This document shows, piece by piece, positions 1 through 8,044 of a DNA stretch of 64,000 nt (position 1 is its first letter; each line of letters starts with the position of its first letter). Source of the DNA: Candidatus Poribacteria bacterium (GTDB taxonomy: Bacteria > Poribacteria > WGA-4E > JAJDTR01); NCBI GenBank assembly GCA_965222225.1, contig CBDCTK010000002.1:1376001-1440000 (forward strand), in the 5' to 3' direction. The notes under the pieces were generated by a model. It had not been told where the DNA came from. It saw only the letters and a list, made by a program, of their open reading frames with translations, and made no database searches. The translations under genes and the position numbers were made by a program.

Positions 1-8
1 ATCACAAC

Positions 9-830
9 GTGATTATGCGCGTACAGAGATTTGATGGCAACGGAAATTATCTCGGGCGAACAATATATCAAATCGATAAGCAGAATGAAAAAAATCAGGA
101 CATCGACTTTCTTGCACTGGATATACTTGGAAATATCTACCTGCGAGATGGTAGCGATTTCGTCATTCGTCAATATTCGGTGGAAGGGTTTAGCCTAAAA
201 CCATCTCAGATGGACGGGCTATACAACGCACAGGCATCCAATGTTGATAATAGGTTTTCGGAGGACTATGAAGATATTGACCCGAATGCTGATATCCAAG
301 ACGATATTACACAATTGGAGTTGAGCAACGCTTTTCTCTGGAATTACAATCTATCAGAGCGTTGGAGTTTGATGTTCGCCGACACGCTTTCCTACAGTGA
401 ACTAGACGAGCGATACATCACGCCGCCAAAAGCGGAAGATAGCTATGACCTTCAGACAAAGTCGCTGACGAATACTCTCGCAGCCAACCTTAAGTTTATT
501 ACCGATCCAAACCCATATCGCTATAAAGAATTGAATATCTACCTGGAACGAATTGATGGAACGTCAAATCTCGATCAAGCAGCAATTTTCCAAGAGGTCA
601 ACAAACAACGTCAGGACAGCGAAGGTGATGCCAGCGCTGTCTCGGTAGGATTGAATTGGGACATACTGTCTAGAGCAAATCTCTGGATGGAATATGCAAA
701 CTTTAACCCCGCGGATACTAGCCGTAATTTCGTTCGCCGCTATTTCGATGTGTCGGGAGATCTCTACCAAGTATTTGGAAGTCGTAATGAAATGAAGAAG
801 CTTGCCGGTGAGTTGACTATCAAATTTTGA
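9..830 (+). CDS. 5'-truncated protein: NHL/beta-propeller-like segment followed by a probable outer-membrane beta-barrel C-terminus
   Basis: Frame is open to the window edge; RVQRFDGNGNY and LALDILGNIYLRD resemble NHL repeats; amphipathic strands ending LAGELTIKF (terminal Phe). Confidence 0.5.
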   Translation: MIMRVQRFDGNGNYLGRTIYQIDKQNEKNQDIDFLALDILGNIYLRDGSDFVIRQYSVEGFSLKPSQMDGLYNAQASNVDNRFSEDYEDIDPNADIQDDITQLELSNAFLWNYNLSERWSLMFADTLSYSELDERYITPPKAEDSYDLQTKSLTNTLAANLKFITDPNPYRYKELNIYLERIDGTSNLDQAAIFQEVNKQRQDSEGDASAVSVGLNWDILSRANLWMEYANFNPADTSRNFVRRYFDVSGDLYQVFGSRNEMKKLAGELTIKF

Positions 831-951
831 GTCCGACCCAAATCAACGTGTCTCGCAACCCAATTCAAAGTCTGAATTCAGTTGCTAGCAGTCACGATGG
901 CAAGACCAACAAAATACCCTACCCGCACCTGAAATGGTTACGGAAAGGACG

Positions 952-1803
952 ATGGATAATACGGTACATAAGGATTATCAATATATCGCTGTGGAGCCGA
1001 TTTCAGGTGCCCTCGGCGCGGAAATAAGGGGCCCCAATCTTTCGAAGCCACTAAAACCTGAGGTAACTGCAGAGATTCGTGGCGCACTCCTCAATCATCT
1101 CGTAATCTTCTTCCCGAACCAAGAACTCACTCCCCAAGAGCAACTTACCTTCGCCCAGCACTTTGGATCACCAATAGAATACCCGCAATTGAAAGGTTTA
1201 TCAGAGTGTCCGTTGGTCACGGCTGTAACCAAATTGGAGCATGAGCGTGCAAATTTTGGTGGAGTTTGGCATTCGGACACCACGTACTTGGAATACCCGC
1301 CCGCCGCAAGTATGCTTTATGCGGTTGAGATTCCACCCTACGGTGGTGACACGCTGTTCGCTAATCAGTACCTTGCCTACGAAACCCTTTCGGACGGTCT
1401 CAAAGAAACACTTGATGGTCTTGTCGCAGTAAATGTTTCCACGAAACCTGAGGTGTCTAAGACACGGGAGCACCGCTTGCGTGAAGCAGGCGACAAGTTG
1501 AAGGCGCTTGTAGGTAGGCATCCGGTTGTACGTACACACCCGGAGACCGGTCGGAAAGCCCTATATGTCAATAATGCGCACACACTAAAATTTGAAGGAT
1601 GGACCGAAGGGGAGAGTCTACCTATGCTAAACTATCTCTTCAACCACCAAGTGAAGCCAGAATTTACCTGTCGTTTTCGCTGGAGCGAAGGCTGCCTTGC
1701 CTTCTGGGACAACCGTTGCACCCAACATAATCCGGTCAACGACTATCAAGGTCATCGCAGGGTGATGCATCGTGTCACATTGACGGGAGATAAACCCTGT
1801 TGA
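952..1803 (+). CDS. TauD/TfdA family Fe(II)/2-oxoglutarate dioxygenase
   Basis: WHSDTT (HxD), GGDTLFAN, HPVVRTHPETGRKAL, WDNRCTQH, RVMHR; AAGGA SD favours ATG 952 over 934. Confidence 0.9.
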   Translation: MDNTVHKDYQYIAVEPISGALGAEIRGPNLSKPLKPEVTAEIRGALLNHLVIFFPNQELTPQEQLTFAQHFGSPIEYPQLKGLSECPLVTAVTKLEHERANFGGVWHSDTTYLEYPPAASMLYAVEIPPYGGDTLFANQYLAYETLSDGLKETLDGLVAVNVSTKPEVSKTREHRLREAGDKLKALVGRHPVVRTHPETGRKALYVNNAHTLKFEGWTEGESLPMLNYLFNHQVKPEFTCRFRWSEGCLAFWDNRCTQHNPVNDYQGHRRVMHRVTLTGDKPC

Positions 1804-2269
1804 GCCACAGATCCGGAAATTGAAAGAGGAATAGGTTTCTCCTCAGTCTAGATTGAGAAATTCGGAATGCCTGTTGGTTCAGGTGTAACGTTTCCTAATT
1901 CCCCATCAACACACTGTGCCCACCACCTTGACTTCCAGTATACGCTTAGCTCAGTACCACATTGTCGGTCATGGCTATGGCTTTGGTGTGGTAGAGTTGT
2001 TCCTTCGCCAACAACTCTTTTGTCTCAGGCGATAAGCGGTCCATTACGCTGGCTGGCAGATTGATGTCCCCGTCACTCACGTAAGCCAACAGATACTGAG
2101 TGGAGTATCGCAGGATTAGGAAGCGACGCATACGGTCCTTTGCCTTCCATCTAAATCCAAGCCTTGACCGATGAGGCCGTTAATCTGCAGGAACAGTACG
2201 GCGTGAAACCATCTCGTTGACTAATACACTTTTTTCAGAAACTCGGTGTCTATCAAGTAGGAGCCAAAA

Positions 2270-3895
2270 ATGGCGAGATTAGCCTTAGGACTAGACTCTA
2301 GTACGCAGAGCCTGTCATCAATTATCGTAGACATTGATGCCGCTGAGAAGCTTTTCGAACATTCACTAGATTATCGAAAGGATAATAGGATAAACGACTT
2401 TGGAATTGGACTTGACTACATTATCCCACCACGCGTAGAGGGTGAGGCAGACCAGCCTCCTGAGATAATTTTTGCATCCTTGGATGCCATGTTTGATGAT
2501 TTCCAAACTGCAGGAGTCGCTGTCGAGGAAATTGTCCTTATTAACAACTCTGGTCAGCAACATGGGCATGTGTATTTGAACAATCGGGCTGAAAGCCGCT
2601 TTGCGCAGCTAAGGGAAGGAGGCCGTGGAGAATTATCCCTCGTAAGACTACTTAGCGGGAGTTTCTCGTACCTAACAGCGCCTATCTGGATGACATCCAA
2701 TACCGTAAATCAGGCAGACTGCGTGCGTGAAGGCGTTGGGGGAAAGGACAAGATGATTCGCCTTTCCGGCTCGGACGCGCCGTTACGGTTCACGGGAGCA
2801 GTTATGAGACGGGTCGCCGAACAGTTTCCTGACGCTTATCGGGCAACGGAAAACATCCAATTGATAAGCAGCCTTATTCCTTCGATTCTGACGGGGAGTT
2901 CCAAAGCGCCTATTGATTACGGCAACGCCTGCGGCATGTCCCTCATGGACTATCAAAAGAGGAATTGGGCACCTGAGTTGCTTAAGGCAACATCTGAGGG
3001 ATTACCGGGCGGCGACGAAGCGCTGGCAAGGAAATTACCCGACTTGGTACCTCCTGACACAGTGGTAGGAAATATTGGAGCGTATTTTGTAGAAAAATAC
3101 GGATTTTGTCCGGAATGCAAGGTGATTGCTGGTTCCGGAGATAATCCTCAAGCGAAAACGCTGATGGCAGGAGACCTACTCAGTTTGGGAACTAGCTTCG
3201 TCAACATGGTGTCGACTGATGGCGACGTGCACGATATGAATGGAATGGCAAATGCGATGTACGATGGCGTCGGAAGACCGTTTATGTTTGGCTGTAGGAC
3301 GAATGGCGCGATGGTGTGGGACCAGGTTAGGGCGCTTTACGGCTTGGGAAAAGGGGATTACGAGCTGGGAGAAGCGGCTTTGAACAAGGTCACACCCGGA
3401 TCCTCCATGACCTTCTGGCAGCCAAAACACGAGTCGTTTCCTCCTTCTGGTAGCTTCGACCTAATCCGAGTTGGCTCCCATGCGGATATGCGGTTGGGAT
3501 TAGACTATTCTGGAGTCATTGAGACAAGTTTGGCTGCAGTGTACGTGCATTCGGAACGATTTACTAGAACAGGCAATGTACCCCTGTACGTCACCGGCGG
3601 TGCGACAGACAGCCCAGAAATTATGAGGCGTGTTGCAGCCATCTGGAATCGTGAGATTATTCCAATTGAAAAGGGGGGACCAGCTTTGGGAGCCGCAGTC
3701 GCGGGAGTACAGACATACTACAATTCTCGAAATGAACCGTTTGCCCTTGAGGATTTTAGCCAATCAATCTTAAGAAGAAGGGCGCCAATCACACCACGAC
3801 CGGAGGATGTTGCGATATACCATCCGCCCGGCAAATACCTTGGACAGTTTAGAGTGGAGGAAGCCAAGATTGTTGCCGAACATCCAATCAGCTAG
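2270..3895 (+). CDS. FGGY-family carbohydrate kinase, xylulokinase-like
   Basis: LGLDSSTQS, SGQQHG, GSGDNP, SLGTS, TGGA, ALGAA motifs; AGGAG SD. Confidence 0.8.
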   Translation: MARLALGLDSSTQSLSSIIVDIDAAEKLFEHSLDYRKDNRINDFGIGLDYIIPPRVEGEADQPPEIIFASLDAMFDDFQTAGVAVEEIVLINNSGQQHGHVYLNNRAESRFAQLREGGRGELSLVRLLSGSFSYLTAPIWMTSNTVNQADCVREGVGGKDKMIRLSGSDAPLRFTGAVMRRVAEQFPDAYRATENIQLISSLIPSILTGSSKAPIDYGNACGMSLMDYQKRNWAPELLKATSEGLPGGDEALARKLPDLVPPDTVVGNIGAYFVEKYGFCPECKVIAGSGDNPQAKTLMAGDLLSLGTSFVNMVSTDGDVHDMNGMANAMYDGVGRPFMFGCRTNGAMVWDQVRALYGLGKGDYELGEAALNKVTPGSSMTFWQPKHESFPPSGSFDLIRVGSHADMRLGLDYSGVIETSLAAVYVHSERFTRTGNVPLYVTGGATDSPEIMRRVAAIWNREIIPIEKGGPALGAAVAGVQTYYNSRNEPFALEDFSQSILRRRAPITPRPEDVAIYHPPGKYLGQFRVEEAKIVAEHPIS

Positions 3896-4380
3896 GTTCC
3901 TGCGAAGAGTAAAGTTTAAAGAGTTCTCTCAGTCGCAGCGTCGGTCAACAGCCATGTAAAGAGACCAAGGGAGTCAATAAACTCGGTTCTTCCCCTAATT
4001 TCCGCAACCTGACAGTTAGTGCTTGCCGGACTGGTAAATAATCAACTGCCCGATGTTGGCAAAATAGTCGCGATTTTCGCTCTATTCGCATCTACGGAAT
4101 CGTCCTACTTGATTATGTATTTGACAGATTCTCGCTAACCTGATAATGTTTATAAGTGTCAAACAGTCTACAGGAATTCCTACGTTCTATGCGGAAGATT
4201 TATAGTCTGCGTTTCTGATGTCAGAATCGTTCGTCGGAACCGCCTCAAGGATTTAGTCAAACGGAATTAGTAGCTTGTAGCTTTTAGACTGACGACAAAC
4301 ATAAAACTTGGTACCCTGTCGTAAATCTTTTCGTCACACGTAGATGTCCATAGTGACTATTCTTCTCGTAGGAGTTTGCT

Positions 4381-5235
4381 ATGGACATTTTGAATCTTAT
4401 GAAAGAGTTTCCAAATCAAGAATCTTGTCTCAGATTTATAGAGGAAAAACGTTGGAAGGACGGTGTTTGCTGTATCCACTGTGGCAGTGAAAAAGTTGGA
4501 CGCAAGAACAAAAACGACATTACTACTGGTTGGAATTGCTACGATTGTGAATCTAGCTTTTCGGCTACAGCAGGAACCATCTTCCATGGTACCAAGATAC
4601 CTCTCCAGAAATGGTTTTTGGCTATCTCAATTCTTTCCAATGCCAAGAAAAGCATATCGAGTTGTCAGCTTGCTCGTGACTTGGACATGAATCAAAAGTC
4701 CGCTTGGTATATGGCAATGCGCCTCCGTGAGAAAATGAGTGATAGTGATGAATTGCTGAAAGGGATAGTTGAAGCGGACGAAACCTATGTCGGCGGCAAA
4801 CCCAGAGCAAAATCTAAGAGAGGTAGAGGCACAAATAAATCTCCCGTCATCGGCGTAGTCGAGAGAGGCGGTCGGGTGGTTGCTAAATTCATGAAGGTTC
4901 TATCTGGTGAAAATATCAGAGAATTCATCCTTAGCAATGTCTCACCCGATGAGTCTATTCTTATGACTGATGAATTTCGCTCTTACAATAGTCTGGACGA
5001 AGATATCGAAAGACATGTTATCCATCACCAAGAGAGATATGTTTCTGAGGACGGCGTAACTCACACCAACACCATCGAGTCGTTTTGGGCTTGTGTCAAG
5101 AGGTCATTCTACGGAACGCATCATCACTACAGCAAGAAGTGGCTGCCACTGTATATCATGGAGTCTTGCTGGAAATATAATCGCAGAAAAGATGATGAGA
5201 TTTTCATAAGATTTTTTGATGAATGCTTCACCTGA
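4381..5235 (+). CDS. IS1595-family DDE transposase
   Basis: Zn ribbon CIHC...CYDC; VEADETYVGG, MTDE, HTNTIESFW; AGGAG SD. Confidence 0.95.
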   Translation: MDILNLMKEFPNQESCLRFIEEKRWKDGVCCIHCGSEKVGRKNKNDITTGWNCYDCESSFSATAGTIFHGTKIPLQKWFLAISILSNAKKSISSCQLARDLDMNQKSAWYMAMRLREKMSDSDELLKGIVEADETYVGGKPRAKSKRGRGTNKSPVIGVVERGGRVVAKFMKVLSGENIREFILSNVSPDESILMTDEFRSYNSLDEDIERHVIHHQERYVSEDGVTHTNTIESFWACVKRSFYGTHHHYSKKWLPLYIMESCWKYNRRKDDEIFIRFFDECFT

Positions 5236-5253
5236 GCCACATGAATTGTTTGG

Positions 5254-5376
5254 CTATCGGTATATTCTGTCAACGACAACATCATGGTGTGCTGAAAATC
5301 CCATAGTGTTGGAAATTAAAATCCCGCAGATAACCCGCAATGCTCCCGCGAGCATGTACAAACGCTTGGTCAACAT
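5254..5376 (-). CDS. 40-aa hydrophobic small ORF inside the IS, convergent on the transposase
   Basis: MLTKRLYMLAGALRVICGILISNTMGFSAHHDVVVDRIYR*; GGAGG 6 nt before ATG; also at 26755-26877(+) and 40378-40500(+). Confidence 0.4.
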   Translation of the reverse strand: MLTKRLYMLAGALRVICGILISNTMGFSAHHDVVVDRIYR

Positions 5377-5561
5377 GATATGCCTCCATTTCTCTCTTAT
5401 AGAGATGTATTTTAGTGTGAATCAAGATTCCGAACACTGTCTAAAATGATTGTACATTAAGAAGAGAAAAGCAAGCAAATCGACCAAAAAGCAGTTAACT
5501 ACTAAGTCCCTAGTCAAATACTAATATTATTTGTTTTCACACCTATTGAAAGGAGAGTTTT

Positions 5562-6341
5562 GTGCACACTACCAGCTTTCGACTAGGTTCGACCTTGATA
5601 GTTTCATGCCTCATTTTTCTGTTCGCTCTGCTAGCTCATGCTGAAATATCTAAACAAGTTCAGCTTGGTCGTGAACTGTTTTACGATCCGTCTTTCGGAG
5701 GCACGCTCGATCCCAAAAAGATTAGTGGACTTGCTTGTGCAAATTGCCACGCAGATTTCGACGAAGATGCCAATCCCGATGGCAAAATTCGGGCAGGTCA
5801 CAGTATCATCGGTGTGCCCCACCGCGGCGAAGCAAAAGGCGGGATGATTAAAGCTGACACATTCAGACGTGCAGCCGGTGGTGGCGGGTTCTGCTATCAG
5901 CATTTTTTACAGCGTGTGCCAGCCGACAAAGTCAATCCTATTGCTATCCCGGAGGAGCAAGCGGAAGCGTTGATGGCTTACTTTGAACATGTGTCCGGCG
6001 AGAACAAGGGCCCACAGTTTGAACTCCAAAAACTCGACAAGGAAGCAGCGCACGCAGCGGCAGAACAAATCGTTGCGATGAAGGGAGATGCGAAAAAGGG
6101 GTGGAAGTTGTATAGCCGAGCCTGTAATGATTGTCACCCAACCGCGCGGAAAGCTGGAATTGGATCGCAGTTAATCCGTCGCAAGCCACCTTCAAACGTG
6201 CCAAAGACGTTACACAAATATGCAGCCAAGATTCGCGGTGGGGGATTCATCATGCCATTTTACTCGGAAGATCGGCTGTCTAATCAGGATATTGCCGATA
6301 TTATTTCGTTTCTTAACCAAGAAATGACCGCCGGTAGATAA
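5562..6341 (+). CDS. Exported dihaem cytochrome c, TsdA/SoxA-like architecture
   Basis: Signal peptide (..LAHA); CANCH and CNDCH; extra Cys in GFCYQH; distal IMP; AGGAG SD before GTG. Confidence 0.8.
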   Translation: MHTTSFRLGSTLIVSCLIFLFALLAHAEISKQVQLGRELFYDPSFGGTLDPKKISGLACANCHADFDEDANPDGKIRAGHSIIGVPHRGEAKGGMIKADTFRRAAGGGGFCYQHFLQRVPADKVNPIAIPEEQAEALMAYFEHVSGENKGPQFELQKLDKEAAHAAAEQIVAMKGDAKKGWKLYSRACNDCHPTARKAGIGSQLIRRKPPSNVPKTLHKYAAKIRGGGFIMPFYSEDRLSNQDIADIISFLNQEMTAGR

Positions 6342-6367
6342 CATCGGTTTTCACAAAGAATCGAGCT

Positions 6368-7027
6368 TCATTGCTTGGTTAATTTGATTCCTTGAATCTC
6401 TTCCAAAGCGGAAAGTTCGTGGAAAAACGGTTCCCAGCCTTCAGAGTCTTTAAACTTAATATGATACCTGAGTTCAATCCCGCCCGTTTTCGACGTTTCT
6501 TGATGGATGAGTCGCTCGTGATTGAGATATCTGTTGAAAATGGAGCGAAAAGTTGGTTCAGAAGCGGAGGCAAGCGGCGCTTTGAAGGTAAGTTGAAATG
6601 TTTCACGATAGGGATGCCTGCCGTGCCACCAATGAAGTAGGATGATGATCCCGCCAATCAGAAACGTTCCGAGAATGGCTATGGGCGGATCGCTTGCACC
6701 GACTGCCATCCCCGTTGCCAAAGCGAAAAAAACGAAGGCAATATCTCGAGAATCTTGCACCACGGTGCGAAACCGAATAATCGACAGTGCACCCACAAGG
6801 CTAAATGCGCGCGCCACGCTGTCACCGATAACAACCATCACAACCGATATTAACATACAGAGGATGATAAGCGTATCCGTGAAGGACCGCTCGGCAATCC
6901 CCATGTGCGTCCAATGATAAACAACGGAAATCACAATGCCGAGCGCAAAAGCGAGCAACAACTTGAGGGCAATGGATCCAACTGTCGCTACGGAGTACGG
7001 CACCAGGAATTCGTTCAAAAAATCCAT
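6368..7027 (-). CDS. DUF4956-family membrane protein
   Basis: ARAFSLVGALSIIRFRT signature, several TM helices, soluble C-terminal domain. Confidence 0.8.
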   Translation of the reverse strand: MDFLNEFLVPYSVATVGSIALKLLLAFALGIVISVVYHWTHMGIAERSFTDTLIILCMLISVVMVVIGDSVARAFSLVGALSIIRFRTVVQDSRDIAFVFFALATGMAVGASDPPIAILGTFLIGGIIILLHWWHGRHPYRETFQLTFKAPLASASEPTFRSIFNRYLNHERLIHQETSKTGGIELRYHIKFKDSEGWEPFFHELSALEEIQGIKLTKQ

Positions 7028-7075
7028 AACTTGCTAAGCCAACAGACTTCTTGTACTATGTGAAAGGATCGCTCT

Positions 7076-7930
7076 TCAGTGCAGATGTTTAGCTGACATG
7101 CGCTTGAGAAACGCTAAACCCTCCGTTGCCAAGATCTCGGCGCTCGGAGCGATATTCCGCCAGATTGCAGTCGCCGCAGCAATTTCCTTCACAGCAGGTG
7201 TGAACGACTCAATTACCAGCCATCGATTGTAGTCGATTCTTGCGAGCGCGTTGAATACCCCTTCCCAATCAACTAATCCAGTGCCCGGAGTTCCTCGATC
7301 ATTCTCGCATGTGTGGAGATGATGCAACAGATTCCCAGTATCGGCAATTGCCTGCGTTAGGTTTTTCTCCTCAATATTCATGTGAAACGTGTCCAGATGA
7401 ATCTTGAAGAATGGACTGTTGACGGCAGTTGCTAGTTTTATAGCGTCGGTGGTAATGTTGAGGAAGTACGTCTCAAAACGGTTCAGAGGCTCAACTGCGA
7501 CGGTCACGCCACGCTGTCCTGCGAATTCTGCGACTTCGCCGAGAATGTCAACACACCAATCCCACTCCTGCTGGTTCCTACCACGCCCAACCAAGGCGCC
7601 GACAGCACTGTACACTGGACCAACAAGCGTGTCGCCACCCAACTCTGCGAGGACCTCTATTGAACGCTTCAGGTAATCCCTCCCGTTCTCGCGAATCGTA
7701 ACATCCTCATGAATTGGATTGCGATCCTGTATCATGATGGCACATCCTATTGGGTGTAGATTAGTGTCTCTTAACGCCGCCTTCGTGAGCGGTATATCAA
7801 CAGTTGCGTGGTCGAAGATTGGAATTTCGACACCGTCGAAACCCATCTCCGCGACTTTTGGAATTAAGTCAACGGTTTCGCGGTCAAATTTGTCCGCCCA
7901 CAGCAGCAGGTTGACCCCATACTTTGGCAT
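7076..7930 (-). CDS. D-psicose/D-tagatose 3-epimerase family sugar epimerase
   Basis: EPLNRFE, HLDTFHMNIEE, HTCENDRG, IESF metal-binding motifs; start may be 7945. Confidence 0.85.
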   Translation of the reverse strand: MPKYGVNLLLWADKFDRETVDLIPKVAEMGFDGVEIPIFDHATVDIPLTKAALRDTNLHPIGCAIMIQDRNPIHEDVTIRENGRDYLKRSIEVLAELGGDTLVGPVYSAVGALVGRGRNQQEWDWCVDILGEVAEFAGQRGVTVAVEPLNRFETYFLNITTDAIKLATAVNSPFFKIHLDTFHMNIEEKNLTQAIADTGNLLHHLHTCENDRGTPGTGLVDWEGVFNALARIDYNRWLVIESFTPAVKEIAAATAIWRNIAPSAEILATEGLAFLKRMSAKHLH

Positions 7931-8044
7931 AACCTTATCTCCCAATTCACGCTATTTGCGTGTGAATTTCAGGTTTGTTCCGACCAAGTCCAAACTTCCG
8001 ACTGCCGTATCAGAAGGTGGTTGTTCTCATGATTCCTTTTGTTA

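Larger units (their letters stand above)
4262..5510 (+). mobile_element. IS1595-family insertion sequence, copy 1 (1249 bp)
   Basis: 8-bp TSD TAGTCAAA at 4254-4261 and 5511-5518; imperfect terminal IRs CGGAATTAGTAGCT / GGGACTTAGTAGTT; two further copies in the window. Confidence 0.95.

Noticed and set aside
1946-2131. 61-aa minus-strand ORF between tauD-like and kinase genes
   Set aside because: No recognisable motif; may be a decayed fragment but cannot be supported
5216-5449. 77-aa ORF on the transposase strand in each IS copy
   Set aside because: No SD or motif; it overlaps the better-supported antisense 40-aa ORF
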